A DNA stretch of 63,722 nt, filler included, from Octopus bimaculoides (taxonomy: Eukaryota), in assembly GCF_001194135.2 (NCBI RefSeq). It is 9 parts of 8 records of this genome, joined end to end, with 100 filler letters (N's around TTAATTAATTAA, not from the genome) between each part and the next. Parts side by side here need not be neighbours in the genome. Positions count along the whole stretch, not along the records: positions 46,819 to 52,797 come from NC_068981.1; positions 52,898 to 57,774 come from NC_068989.1; positions 57,875 to 61,178 come from NC_068986.1; positions 61,279 to 63,722 come from NC_069006.1; 5 more parts are not named here. One strand, 5' to 3'. This document shows, in pieces, positions 50,271-63,722 of this stretch. The notes beneath the pieces are model-generated. The model saw nothing but the letters and a program-made list of their open reading frames with translations, searched no databases and was not told the origin of the DNA. The translations under genes and the position numbers were made by a program. Position 1 is the stretch's first letter. Each line of letters starts with the position of its first letter.

Positions 50271-51252
50271 CCTCCACCCATACATACATAAATACATACA
50301 CGCACACAGATTTATATACATACATAAATGTGTGTGTGTTTGCGAATACATAAATGTGTACACACATACACACACATATATTATATGCAGATATATACCC
50401 CACTGATATAGAAGTATATATATATACGCATAGGTATGTATACATATATATTTGTGCGTCTAAGTGCGTGCGTGCTTGTGGGTGTGTATGTGCACGTGTG
50501 TGCGTGTGTGTGTGCATGTACGTGTGTATGTGTGTGAGGGATATGACAGAAACTAGTGGAAGGAGTGGTTGGTTACCTTGACAAATATTTCTTTTATTGG
50601 TGATAGCTTTATAAATTTCGTTTGTTATTGGCAGAGGTAGTCTTCGAAAAGTGGGCGCAAAACCCGGGAAAAGGAAAACGTTGGTTGTTGTCCTTATTCC
50701 GAGTGAGTTTTCGAATCATAATATTTATTCATATTTATTTCTGCTGATATGGGTAAGCTAGTCGGACGGGTGTATTAATAGTCCAGTAATTAACATCACA
50801 TAGTTCAATGTGTTGACCAGTGGCAGCGTCAATATCTTTCAACATTAGCGCTGTAGCATTCTTTCTTAATCTTGTTAAGAATAGCCTGCTGCTTAACGAT
50901 AGTTTTGAAACAGTTGAAAAGTTCTCTACAAATTATCGTTTAAAGATGTTTTCTAATTTAGTATATTCCGCAGTTGTCTCTGTTGACTCACTATATATTT
51001 CGAATGACACATGAATTCATAGATGGCGGAAGTGGTTTGCTCACATTGTTTTCCACCGCTCTTCTGGCAGATTTTGTTAATTTCTAAGTGTTCTGAGAAT
51101 ATCAATCATATATGTATGTACGTATACATATATGCATGCAGCTATAAATATATGCACACACACACACACGCACACACAGACACACATTTATATATGTATA
51201 TATCTATTTATGTGTGTATAGATATATACGTTATTTATGTATGTATGGGTAT

Positions 51253-51319
<67 letters not shown>

Positions 51320-51564
51320 TACATATATATATATGTATACATGTGTGTGTGTGTGTAATAAGAATAGAAACTAATATCATTAGATAATATCAATTTCAAC
51401 CAGTGGTAAGCATACTTAAAATAACGTCCGAGGACCGTGAATTATATTTAAATATAAACAAGATGATAGACCACTAAGTGGAAAAGATTGGAAAGAGTCC
51501 TTTCTACGATATGGATACATATTTATCTGACTTTATGTTTCTCACACACTCTACTATCTGTGAT

Positions 51565-52300
51565 CAACCATTGCTCCACATTGCTACCCAGACCATCACA
51601 GAATAGCTGCCGTATTTCATTGTTGGCTGCAATCTTATCACATTAAATTTTTGATCACAGAGTCTCCAGACCCAAACTCGACCACTGTCAGGACATACAG
51701 CAAATCTGGACTCATCAGAGAATATGACAATGTCCCAAAATGCTAGTGGCCTCTCCACTATCTCATTGGCCCAATTTTTTCTCCGCTTTATGTTGGCTGG
51801 TCGAAGAAGTGGCTTCTTTCTTGCTGCTATGCAATAGTAAACAATTTTGTGGAGATACCTGACAGCTGTTCTGGGACTGACATCAACTTTTTCTGCTATG
51901 TCAGATGACTTTCAAAGACGATTATCCTCCACACTTCTCTTAGTAAAGAGAAATATCCGGTCATAGAGGCCCTGGTTGATCTGGGTGAGATGATATGGAC
52001 TCCTTTTCCTCTATGGTGAATTGCATAATCATTCTATTAACTGTAGAAAGCGGGATCCCACGGTCTTCTGTGATTTTACGTTATGCCCACCTTCAGAATG
52101 AGCCACAATACGGCCTCTTTGAAATTCAGACAGTTCCAAGGCTTCTTTTTTTACATGGCATGATTAAGCAGTCGCATATTAAACCTGAAATATAAAACAG
52201 TGAATTAATAAAAGGTATACATTTTTACAAGTTAGAATAAACATGAAAAAATATTTCATGGGGTGTATATTTAAATGTGTCATGTCTGTGTATATATTTC
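51565..52300 (-). mobile_element. Tc1 transposon 5' half, degraded
   Basis: [59 protein letters not shown]. Confidence 0.85.
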
Positions 52301-52766
52301 AGCACGACAACTGAAGCACCAAGTAGTTAAATGAGGATGGCGGAAGACTTGCTCCATTTCAATGCAGCTGAATGTCTCTATCAAAGGATTGCAGTGATTA
52401 CAAAGGATCTTTTATGTTCTGTATTATATTCCCGACCAGTTCGATACTGTTATTCATCACTGTAAAATAAGTAGCGTCTGTAAAATAAGTAGAGTTACTA
52501 ATAATGATTTGTAACATAGGCACAACACATGCGTATTGGAGACGAAGCAGTCTATTACACTGAACAAATTCATTCTTTGGAATCAATTTGATCAATTGTT
52601 CCACTGGAAATTCATATTATTGTACAGGCTAATAATTTGCACCGTATAATAGCACCAGCTTCAAGGAGTATACGACTGGTTATGTGCTACAATTGAAAGA
52701 TGAAACTAATATGATCTTCCACTTTCCTGTGTTTTAATAAGTGTACATATTTAATAAGTGTACATA

Positions 52767-52797
<31 letters not shown>

Positions 52798-52897
52798 NNN
52801 NNNNNNNNNNNNNNNNNNNNNNNNNNNNNNNNNNNNNNNNNTTAATTAATTAANNNNNNNNNNNNNNNNNNNNNNNNNNNNNNNNNNNNNNNNNNNN

Positions 52898-52934
<37 letters not shown>

Positions 52935-53560
52935 GTATATGTATGTATATATCTATATATGTATATATAGTGTTATATTTGTACATATATATGTGTTTGC
53001 CTGTGCGTATGAGCGGGGGGAGGGAGGTAGGACAGCTGGGTATACGCATTCGTATGTATGCGTGCATGCATGTGCTTGTGTATATGCGTGTGTGTACGAG
53101 TTAGTTCTGAAGAAAGTCAAGGTTGTAGAACCATTGATGTGATAAGCCAGTTAATGAGTTCAATCTCCCTCAAGCCACATACGTACAGGTACGTCATATA
53201 CATGCATAGAGACATACATATATACACATATACACATCTACTTACATAAATACACGCATACATACACATACACGCCCATACACAGATGCACACAGTATAA
53301 TGCATACATACATACATGCATACATACATGCATATACACATGCATACATACATGCATGTATACATACATGCATGTATACATACATGCATGTATACATACA
53401 TGCATGTATACATACACACATACATAAATGCATGTATACATACATGTATTCATACATGCATGTATCCATACCTACATGCATACATACATACATACATACA
53501 TACATACAAGTATACACACATACATATATACAAGTATACATACACACATGCAAACATACA

Positions 53561-53594
<34 letters not shown>

Positions 53595-53974
53595 CATACC
53601 CCTTTAATAAGGGTCACACGTTATCAGCGACCTTTGCATACGTATATATAAGAAATTATTATATTTATATACTAACAAATAAAACCATAATGTATATATA
53701 TATATATATATATATNNNNNNNNNNNNNNNNNNNNNNNNNNNNNNNNNNNNNNNNNNNNNNNNNNNNNNNNNNNNNNNNNNNNNNNNNNATATATATGCA
53801 TATATATATATGTATGCATATATAATATATGTATATATAGTTGTAGACACACACTCACACACACACAAAATATATATGTGCGTGTGTGTGTGTGAGTTCA
53901 TGCATTGCATAGAAGCATTTGAACATGCATCTCACTTATACACAGATACAGATTATGTAAAAACTGAAGGAAAG

Positions 53975-54985
53975 TATACACACGCTGGTCTTAGTCAGCG
54001 AAAATTCCTCTTGCTACTGTTAATAGAATTATCGTGGAAGTCAAAAGCCGAGGAAAAGAATCAACAGATTCTCGTCCCAGCCGACCTGGGCGCTCGGAAA
54101 GGAAGCTTCGCTGTTTAAAGAGAATTGTGGAAAACGAACCCCGTTCGAAGGCTTCTGACATTGCAAAACAGCTAGAAGTTAGTCCAAGAACATGTGTTAC
54201 ATATCTGCATAAGCTTGGGTATTATGGACGAATAGCTAGAAGAAAACCTCTCCTTCAACCAATTAATATCACGAGAAGAAAGAAATTGGCTAGGGAGATG
54301 TCAGAAAAATCCAGTTCATTTTGGGACAGAGTGATTTTCTCAGATGAATCCAGATTTGCATTATTTTCAGACAGTGGATATGTTTGGATCTGGAGGCTTC
54401 CCAGTCAAGAATTCCCGACTTCAACCAACTGTGAAACATGGCGATATCTCTGTAATGGTATGGGGAGCTGTCACCAGTAATAGTCGTTCTGAGCTGATCG
54501 AATGTATTGGAACCATAAACTCTGAAAAATACATCGAAATACTTAAGAAAGGACTACTTCCGATATATTTACATGCTAACATAACGAAAAATGAGTATTT
54601 ATTCATGGAAGATGGGGTTCCATGCCACACAGCGAAAAGGAATCAACAATAGCTGACTGAAAATGGGATCAAAAAGCTTCTTTGGCCGAGCCAATCTCCT
54701 GACACGAACACAATTGAAAATCTTTGAGTTATACTAGATAAAGTTGTACGAAAAACTCGACAGAAACCTAAATCTAAAGATAAATTGTTTCGATTGTTGG
54801 GTGAAAAGTGGGCAGAAATTCCACTAGAGACAATCACAAAGCTCATCAGTTCAATACTATAAAGAGTTTCTGTATAAAAAACTGCATAGGGAATGCCAAC
54901 TAAATAGTAAATTATTTAGTCCTACCCATCGATTACATTTCAATCGTTCGCTTGGCATATTAAATAAAAGATTTTGAGAAGATGT
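53975..54985 (+). mobile_element. Tc1 (DD34E) transposon, degraded
   Basis: [70 protein letters not shown]; frameshifts and stops. Confidence 0.9.
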
Positions 54986-55832
54986 GGTTGAGAAGCTAAC
55001 TTCTTACTACACAACCATATATATGATTCACACGGTCACTACTCAGAGTCCATTAGTCTCCTTGATATCCCTCCCACCCCGAGTAAAGCTTTGGTCATTT
55101 ATACCCTCTTTTCAACTCGTAGGCTGCAAGTCCCATATACTTCCTCTACATAATATTTCGACTATGGAAACCATAGTCCTCTCTTCGAGCTGGAGACAAA
55201 ATTTCGGTAGTTGCAGTGCAGTTACAGCGGTGATGATTATGGATTATAGCGGTGAGAATGGTGTTATCTAGGCAAGTGTAGTTAATCTTCACGTTATGTC
55301 GTATAAATCCTACGTATTCGGAAAAAAACGTTTGCAGCATTTCTATGCAGTTTCAAAATGATACCATACGAAAAAGTGATTTTTTGTAATATGAAAGATG
55401 GCGTTTAGATTTTCCGCCAGGGAATTACATCGGTGGAAAACATCTAAAACTTTCTTTGTTTTTGTTTTGTTTTCTTTTTTGCTTTTTGCACTCAGACACA
55501 TTTTTAATTAAGCTTCCGTGGCGTTCTTTTTATTCTTTTGACATCAAACATTACGGATCGTATACATACGNNNNNNNNNNNNNNNNNNNNNNNNNNNNNN
55601 NNNNNNNNNNNNNNNNNNNNNNNNNNNNNNNNNNNNNNNNNNNNNNNNNNNNNNNNNNNNNNNNNNNNNNNNNNNNNNNNNNNNNNNNNNNNNNNNNNNN
55701 NNNNNNNNNNNNNNNNNNNNNNNNNNNNNNNNNNNNNNNNNNNNNNNNNNNNNNNNNNNNNNNNNNNNNNNNNNNNNNNNNNNNNNNNNNNNNNNNNNNN
55801 NNNNNNNNNNNNNNNNNNNNNNNNNNNNNNNN

Positions 55833-55882
<50 letters not shown>

Positions 55883-56224
55883 GCATGTATGCATAGACAC
55901 ACATGTGTATATCCGTTGATGTGTGTGTATGTATGTCAAAGATTGATTATGTGTGTATGTGATTGTGAAGGAACAAATGTATATTCACACCCAAGCTCAT
56001 ACACATGCACGTACATACGCAATATATACATACACACATACGCACATACATAGTTATATACATATATACATACATACATATATACGTACAAATTCACTTT
56101 AATCGTATTCAGTACATTATCAGCTCCAACACGTATGATATATGTATATATAAATATATGTGTGTGTATGTGTGTATGTGCGTGTGTATGTGTGTGTGTG
56201 TGTATGTATATAAATTAGATTAGA

Positions 56225-56360
56225 GGTTGCGTTAACTTCTCAACCACATGGTTCTGAGTTCAATCCCATTGTTTAACACCTTGAGCAATTGTTCTCTACT
56301 CGACAAAAGACATGCCAGTGAATTTAGATAACGGAAACTGTGAGAAACCTGTCGTGTATA
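56225..56360 (-). mobile_element. SINE family B 5' half
   Basis: Reverse complement GGTTGAGAAGTTAACG preceded by CATGTGG..., GTTCAATCCC on plus, ACCTTGAGCAA.TGTTCTCTACT; related to 3801. Confidence 0.5.
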
Positions 56361-56559
56361 CATATATGTATATAAGTATACACATACACACACACACGCA
56401 CACACACACGCACACACACACGCGCACACAAATATATGTATATATATATATATATATTTGATTGACTGTTTTCATCATTGGTGGATGGTCAGTATTGTAA
56501 AGACTGTAACTAAACCACCTCTACTGCGGTTGAGTTGTTTCAAAAGCAAGTTCACCACC

Positions 56560-56705
56560 TAAAGAAGATTGCTTCCTGACTACATGGTTCCATGTTCAGT
56601 CCCGCTACATGGCACCTTCGGCAAGTGTCTTCTACTATAGCCTCAGGCCGACCAAAGCCTTGTGGGCGGATTTGGTAGACGGAAACTGAAAAAAGCCCAC
56701 CGTAT
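56560..56705 (+). mobile_element. SINE family B 5' half
   Basis: GGTTCCATGTTCAGTCCCGCTACATGGCACCTTCGGCAAGTGTCTTCTACTATAGCCTCAGGCCGACCAAAGCCTTGTG...GGTAGACGGAAACTGAAA. Confidence 0.85.
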
Positions 56706-57284
56706 ANNNNNNNNNNNNNNNNNNNNNNNNNNNNNNNNNNNNNNNNNNNNNNNNNNNNNNNNNNNNNNNNNNNNNNNNNNNNNNNNNNNNNNNNNNNNNN
56801 NNNNNNNNNNNNNNNNNNNNNNNNNNNNNNNNNNNNNNNNNNNNNNNNNNNNNNNNNNNNNNNNNNNNNNNNNNNNNNNNNNNNNNNNNNNNNNNNNNNN
56901 NNNNNNNNNNNNNNNNNNNNNNNNNNNNNNNNNNNNNNNNNNNNNNNNNNNNNNNNNNNNNNNNNNNNNNNNNNNNNNNNNNNNNNNNNNNNNNNNNNNN
57001 NNNNNNNNNNNNNNNNNNNNNNNNNNNNNNNNNNNNNNNNNNNNNNNNNNNNNNNNNNNNNNNNNNNNNNNNNNNNNNNNNNNNNNNNNNNNNNNNNNNN
57101 NNNNNNNNNNNNNNNNNNNNNNNNNNNNNNNNNNNNNNNNNNNNNNNNNNNNNNNNNNNNNNNNNNNNNNNNNNNNNNNNNNNNNNNNNNNNNNNNNNNN
57201 NNNTGTGTGTGTGTGTGTGTATGACGTAGTGGAAGGAATTAGTAGCAGGAATGGTTAGTGGATGCTTATAGACAGTGTTAGGTG

Positions 57285-57309
<25 letters not shown>

Positions 57310-57320
<11 letters not shown>

Positions 57321-57442
57321 TTGTTGTTTGTGTCTGTGCTTGTCCCTGCTCCATCGCTTGACATCAGATGTTGGTGTGCTTACGTCCTCGTCAATTAGCG
57401 GTTCGGCAATAAGACACCGATAGAATAAGTACTATGCTTACA
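57310..57442 (+). mobile_element. SINE family B 3' half
   Basis: (GT)n then TTGTCCC..CCATCGCTTGACA..AGATG.TGGTGTG.TTACGTC...TTAGCGGTTCGGCAA.AAGACACCGATAGAATAAGTACTA. Confidence 0.8.
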
Positions 57443-57444
57443 CA

Positions 57445-57669
57445 AACACCCTGAAATGTTCGTATTGGAGCTTCCGGCGCGAATACCAAGCGCTACAGCA
57501 TGTCGTTTCCAAATTCCTAGCAGTGTGAATTGCGTCATGGTGCTATTTTTCTCACAGACGGTGTCCAACGGACCCTACTATACTGTGTAGTTGACAAAAT
57601 CAAAACCGAAAAATGCGCAGGCACGATATTAATAATATAAAGTAGCAACAATTTACCCATCGCACCCTG
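57445..57669 (-). mobile_element. Tc1/mariner-superfamily element 5' end
   Basis: Terminus CAGGGTGCGATGGGTAAATTGT, then MTQFTLLGIWKRHAVALGIRAGSSNTNISGCL. Confidence 0.6.
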
Positions 57670-57874
57670 CACATGCGTACGTATACATACATACATACAT
57701 ACTTACATACATACATACATATATATATATATGTATATGTATATATATATACATACATATATATATATATATATNNNNNNNNNNNNNNNNNNNNNNNNNN
57801 NNNNNNNNNNNNNNNNNNTTAATTAATTAANNNNNNNNNNNNNNNNNNNNNNNNNNNNNNNNNNNNNNNNNNNN

Positions 57875-57906
<32 letters not shown>

Positions 57907-59659
57907 TTATATATATGTATGTGTGTGGTTATATTTAATCATATTCTTTTCAACCAATCAAATTATTTCCTACAAGTAATTATAAAAAACAAAAAGAACA
58001 GCAGGAGACAAAAATAGTGAAAAGTGAAAGGCCACGTTACTTCAGCTCTATATTTGGATGTGTATAATTCCTACTTATATAAAGGTGACATATATATATT
58101 ATAGAAAATTTAGCTACAGAATTCACATAAGATTACACAAAAATATTACCACAAAAGTATCTGTACGTTACATATACTATACCATGTAAACAAATATAAC
58201 AAGAGACACGTTAAAAATTACCCACAGATTGAACACAAGGTATATATTTAGGATCAGAAGTGAAATTTCAATAGCTAACAACTGAAAAGTTATTTCCTTT
58301 TTCTGAAGAAGAAATGGAAATAAGCCCCATCTGAATAATGTATAATACAAACGAATTCTATGAAAACTACGAGATTCAGTAAAGGAGGAAACGAAAATAT
58401 TGAAAAAAAATAATGTGTATACACACACACGCGCGCACGCGAACGTGCGCACTCTCACACATATTCTTACATATATGTGTATGTAAATGTATACACGCAA
58501 ATACATAATATAATATAATGCATACGCGCGCACGTGTTTGTGTATGTATGTGTCTGAATATAATATGCATATTATAATTGTTAGCAGACAAATGACTGGA
58601 TTTATTTAAGGGAAGACAAACCTGATTTTTTAACTCAGTACTTTTATGTAATTATAACAACATACATATGTGTATATATGTATGCATGCATTGTCACACA
58701 CACACATATATATGTGTTTGCGTGTGTGCGCATATATTTCTATATTATATTTATACAATTACTAGCACTCAAGACTGTCGATCCTGCAGGTATTAAATAT
58801 TTGTATGCGTGTTTGTAAGTGTACGTGCATGTTTATCTCTCTCTCTCTCTCTTTCTCTAGAGAGATAGATAGATTGATAGATAGATATAATGAAATTTTA
58901 TACACTTATACATACACATACAGTCACAAAAACGTACAATCACAAACAAATAAACATACACATATGCGTACATACACGTATGCTTGTACACGTGTGCATA
59001 TTTCTTGTCTGAACTCCCCCCACATACACCCACAGCGGCCATTACTATAAAAATAGATTGTTTTTTTAATGATATTCTCTATATTTTTTCCTTTACCCTT
59101 TGAAAGACAACAGCAATCAATTGTCGTGTCTATATCTATGATTCAGTTGACATCAAATAATTCTGAAAGGCAAACCAATTCTGAGACGAGAGCGGAGAAA
59201 TTTATCCTCCTTCATAAGCTTAATTTATCTTTTTTTTTTCTTTATCAATAATATAGGGCCCCCAGCGTGAACGGTAGATGGCTTGTGTTAAATATGAATA
59301 CGAATTAACTTCTGAACCATCCTCAACCCATCACCTTTAAGCCCCGTATATATTAACAATAAATGTATTACACCAAGCCGTATGGTCTGCAGTGCAGTTC
59401 AACTTTATTCGATATTTCTTAATATTCATGGAAATGAAAATTGTCTCTTCTGGCAGTTAAACCTGCTTTGTGGAGAAAATATAGATTGAACATTTTTTTA
59501 GTGGATGCTTGGAATGATATCCATTTTTTTAGGAGCACGAAAGAGGGAGAGGGAGAGGAAAACTGAGAGAGTGATGCAGAGATAGTAATAGAGAGCAAGA
59601 ATCAGAGACAGAAGGGGGAGAGAGAGAATGACATCAACTATCTCATCAAGCAATATCTA

Positions 59660-59705
<46 letters not shown>

Positions 59706-59744
59706 CCTATCTATCTATCTATCTATCTCTATATATATACACCA

Positions 59745-59787
<43 letters not shown>

Positions 59788-59798
59788 NNNNNNNNNNA

Positions 59799-59886
59799 AC
59801 ACAACGCGTCGCCCATTCCAGGAATCAAAACCACAATCTTACGATCATGATGCTGACACCCTAACCACTAAGCCACGCGCCTCCAC
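59799..59886 (-). mobile_element. tRNA-derived SINE head (family C)
   Basis: Reverse complement GTGGAGGCGCGTGGCTTAGTGGTTAGGGTGTCAGCATCATGATCGTAAGATTGTGGTTTTGATTCC. Confidence 0.75.
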
Positions 59887-61152
59887 AAGAAGTAAATAGA
59901 CACCTTTAATTTTCAAAATCTTTTATTTAATACACAAAGTGAACAATTGAAATGTAATTGATAGTAGGACTACATACTTTAGTATTTAGTTCACATTCCC
60001 TTTGCAGTTTTTAATTCAGAAACTCCTTTTGGCATTGAACTGATGAGCTTTGTGATTGTCTCTTGTGGAATTTCTGCCCACTTTTCAAGCAACAATCGAA
60101 ACAATTCATCTTTAGATTTAGGTTTCTGCCGAGTTTTTCGTATAGCTCTATCTAGTATACTCCAAAGATTTTCAATGGGGTTCATGTCAGGAGATTGGCT
60201 CGGCCAAGGAAGCTTTTTGATCCCATTTTCCGTCAGCCATTGTTGATTTCTTTTTGATGTGTGGCATGGAGCCTCATCTTCCATGATTAAAAACTCATTT
60301 TTCGTTATGTTATCGTGTGAATATAACGGAAGTAGTCATTGCTTAAGTATTTCGATGTGTTTTTTGGAGTTTATGGTTCAAACACATTCGATCAGCTCAG
60401 AATGACCATTGCTGGTGACAGCTCCTCATACCATTACAGAAATACCGCCATGTTTCACAGTTGGTTGGAGTCGTTTCAAATCAAATTCTTGATTGGAAAG
60501 CCTCCAGACCCAAACACGTCCACTGTCTGAAAATAATGCTAATCTGGATTCATTTGAGAAAATCACTCTATCTCAAAATGAACTGGATTTTTCTGATATC
60601 TTCTTAGCCTATTTCTTTCTTTTCATGATATTAATTGTTTGAAGGAGAGGTTTTCTCCAAGCTACTCGTTTTGAAGAGGTTTTCTTCAAGCTTATGCAGA
60701 TATGTAACACACGTTCTTGGACTAACTTCTAGCCGTTTTGCAATGTCAGAAACGAACGGGATTCGTTTTCCACAATTTTCTTCAAACAGCGAAGCTTCGT
60801 TTCCGAGGGCCCAGGTCGGCTGGGACGAGAATCTGTTCATTCTTTTCCTTGGATTTTGAATTGTACTATAATTCTATTAACAGTAGCAAGAGGAATTTGA
60901 AGATTTTCGAAATTTTTCGCTGGCTAAGACCAGCCTCAGATTGCCCAATAATACAACCTCTTTGAAAATCTGACAGTACTGCTGAATTTTTTGTGCGTGG
61001 CATGGTTACTCTTCGCAAATGTTTAATATAATGGCACCTGGAAAGAAAAAGAATAATTACATTGTAAGTTCTACGCAGCTGAAAACATATTAAGACGATT
61101 AGATCAGAAATTTTGAAAATTAAAGGTGTCTATTTACTTCCTGCATGTCAGT
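59887..61152 (-). mobile_element. Tc1 (DD34E) transposon, near full length, both TIRs
   Basis: TIR GAAGTAAATAGACACCTTTAATTTTCAAAAT at 59890 and its reverse complement at ~61112-61142; D-34-E spacing in MEDEAPCH...WPSQSPDMNPIENLW. Confidence 0.9.
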
Positions 61153-61313
61153 ATATATATATATATATATATATATATNNNNNNNNNNNNNNNNNNNNNN
61201 NNNNNNNNNNNNNNNNNNNNNNTTAATTAATTAANNNNNNNNNNNNNNNNNNNNNNNNNNNNNNNNNNNNNNNNNNNNATATATATATGTATGTGTGCGT
61301 GTGTGTGTGTGTG

Positions 61314-61344
<31 letters not shown>

Positions 61345-62279
61345 GACGTGTGTGTGTACAAATAAGATGAGGAAAAAGAAGAAAGAGAAAAATATAATAT
61401 AGACAAACAAACAGAATACAGACAGGCAGACAGACAGCCATCATATAGATAGATAGACAGAGAAAGAGAGATTGTTGATGGGTATTAGGCTTGAAGACAA
61501 TATATATATAAGGGAACGTTATAGAAATAAAGTGTATTTTGATTAAATAAGAAGTAAAGACACTTACATTGAATGTAGTAGTAATTGACTCGAAGGCTGA
61601 TAAAGTGAAAGTAAATTCTCCACGAAAACCTCACAGTTCTGAAAGTATGACCTACTTCAGTTAGAATGCTGTTTAACTGTGAATGTGGTAGCAGCAGGAG
61701 AGGGAGAAAAGGAATGTTTAAAAATGATGAATATATTAAACTATAGAAAGTAATGACAGCCACTTAATTACGCGGTAAAGTGTATAACTGGAATATTATT
61801 AAAACTAAACAATTAGCCTTTTGTCAGAGTTCTTATATGTCAATGAACAGGTTTTGGGCTCATTCTGCGAAGGGCATACTTAGCGTTATTGGGTGTCTTT
61901 CCCAATGTATGCGCTGCATATGGTTTAAATATTGGTTTCAAACGACTTCGTTTGGACCACAGATTTTTGATTTTCTTTTTTTAACTAAACAGTTTGAAAC
62001 TTCATATACTGGTGTAGTTTCTCACGCTGAACACAATTTACTTTCAACATTTTTGACAAAGTTTCGTATTTTAGTATTTATTTCTTGTTAAAGTTGTCAT
62101 ATTTGTGTAATTTTAACCAATCAACGACGTGTATTCAGCTGAAGAAACCTACTGCTGTTTGCGATAGAAATCGAGGAGCAACAGTTTCCGGGTCATCTCT
62201 CACAAGAACACACCGAATAATCCACACGTCGTTGAAAAATACATTTACTAGAGTTGACCCGGAAGTTGTTGATCTTCGA

Positions 62280-62690
62280 TTACTATCACAAGCAGTTATG
62301 AGCTTCCCGGTGGACTTGCATTGCATGGCCTTTTGTGCTAGCGAAAAACAGATGCTTGGCTCATGCAAGTTAATCCATAAGCAGTCTTGAGAATTTCATA
62401 AATTTCTGAGCTATTTTGCCCAGTTTAACACAAAACTTTATTGCTTATTGAGCTTCCAAATTTTCTTCACCTCTTGAAGGCATTCTGCAAATTAGTCAAC
62501 TATGACAGTCAGTGGTTAGTAAAGTGTGCTCAAAGTGCTGATGTCGCTGCAGCCTTCAATCTGGAATAAAAAGTTGACAGGTCAGCTTATTAGATTATAG
62601 TAACTATATCCTAAAATTAAAATGCTCTAGAACAGTTACTACTGTCTCCTAGAAAAAAGTCTCCAAACCTCTGGAATGCACCACGGTTAT
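62280..62690 (-). mobile_element. mariner transposon 5' fragment
   Basis: AIKFCVKLGK(fs)SSEIYEILKTAYGLTCMSQASVFR*HKR, a typical mariner N-terminus. Confidence 0.65.
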
Positions 62691-62974
62691 GTACATACAT
62701 ACATGCATACATACATATATATTTATATACATGCACACTTACATACATACATACAAACATACAAACATACATATATACATACATACACACATACATACAT
62801 ACACACACACACATACATACGTACATACACATACATAAATGCATACACACATACATTAATACATACATACATACATACAAACACACACACACATACATAC
62901 ATACATAATACATACATGCATACACACACACATACATACATACATACATAATACATACATGCATACATACATAA

Positions 62975-63105
62975 GCGCAGGTGTGGCTGTCTAGTAAGAA
63001 GTTTGCTTCCCAATCACAGGTATACGATTCAGTTCCCCTGCGTGGCACCTTGGGCAAGAGTTATCTACTATAGTTTCAGGTTGACCAAAGTCTTGTGAGT
63101 GAAAA
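62975..63105 (+). mobile_element. SINE family B 5' half
   Basis: GCGCAGGTGTGGCTGTCTAGTAAGAAGTTTGCTTCCCAATCA...TTCAGTTCCCCTGCGTGGCACCTTGGGCAAG. Confidence 0.85.
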
Positions 63106-63189
63106 TTGATAGGGTAGGCATGGTATATACCCTCTGTTGTTTATGCAGCAGAGGTATCAGCAAAGTATGATAACAGCTGGACAGAGACG

Positions 63190-63420
63190 AGATATTATAT
63201 TGGAACCGTCGAAGGAAAAATCTAACCATCCTTTAACCTTTAGATTCCGCGAGGAGAGACATGCAGCACCCCTCTCGGAATTAATATGGAAACTTAAGGA
63301 CAAAAGCATCCACTATAACATCAAATGGAATATCTTTTCTACGACTAAACTTTATATTAACAGGTCATAAGGATTATCGTTATACTCCCCTCAAAACCTA
63401 TATCTATTTAAAAAAAGCTT
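63190..63420 (+). mobile_element. Penelope-like GIY-YIG fragment
   Basis: NHPLTFRFREERHAAPLSELIWKLKDKSIHYNIKWNIFSTTKLY, matching the NH..SF......T.LS..IW.LK.....Y.IKW motif. Confidence 0.65.
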
Positions 63421-63619
63421 AAGAACCTCCAGCGATTGTATAATTACTAGGAGCGAGATTTTTTATTCATGTCCCACATTACCAAATATATCTTAGCGGG
63501 AATTAAGGATAAACCATCGACAAGTAACACATTCCAGTGGTTGGTTTATGTAAATTTAGATATTTGTCAGACACAGGCTATATTTGCTGTATAGTTAATT
63601 ATCTCCCCTTTATTTCTAT

Positions 63620-63662
63620 CTGCGTGTCTGCCTGTCTGTTTGTCTGTCTGTCTGTCGCTCTG

Positions 63663-63722
<60 letters not shown>
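63620..63722. repeat. (TCTG)n/(CT)n microsatellite
   Basis: Visible repeats at window end. Confidence 0.95.

Noticed and set aside
53117-54118. 272-aa His/Tyr/Thr-rich ORF and overlapping MYVC-type ORFs
   Set aside because: Translation of (TACA)n/(TGCA)n microsatellites; the unique tail is an off-frame reading of the Tc1 5' region.
58205-58330. Hydrophobic minus-strand ORF segment (WGLFPFLLQKKEITFQLLAIEISLLILNIYLVFNLW) with possible splice sites
   Set aside because: AT-rich DNA commonly yields F/I/L-rich peptides; weak donor and no recognisable homology.
23723-61234. Recurrent TTAATTAATTAA palindrome (8 copies) as a biological motif or spaced repeat array
   Set aside because: Always centred in a 100-bp N gap with 44 N on each side; it is an artificial scaffolding linker.
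1-63722. CRISPR arrays, rRNA or true tRNA genes, prokaryotic systems
   Set aside because: None seen. tRNA-like A/B boxes occur only as SINE heads lacking a full cloverleaf, and the sequence is eukaryotic.

Overview
Eukaryotic, repeat-saturated, AT-rich scaffold with many N gaps. It is most likely a cephalopod (Octopus-like), judged from the SINE families, the microsatellite density and eight identical N44-TTAATTAATTAA-N44 scaffolding spacers. The only host gene I can support is a minus-strand fragment of PRMT3: three exons (34764-34872, 33415-33643, 28039-28183) that splice in frame with GT-AG ends to give a 161-aa peptide ending in ...DEDEAYFGSYGHFSIHREMLQ. Its zinc-finger and catalytic exons are not visible. 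The rest is degraded mobile DNA: Tc1, mariner and Tigger/pogo transposons, a long-TIR MITE, a probable Helitron, LINE fragments (RTE, CR1, Dong/R4), Penelope-like GIY-YIG elements, a Gypsy integrase fragment and many tRNA-derived SINEs. The most unusual item is a GC-rich LTR-like insert nested in a Tc1 transposase (4540-5385). It carries two copies of a highly structured ~138-nt motif with hammerhead-like core words and a tRNA-iMet-type primer-binding-site match. Nearly all ORFs in the supplied track are microsatellite or gap artefacts. All homology calls are by eye and from memory; no searches were run.
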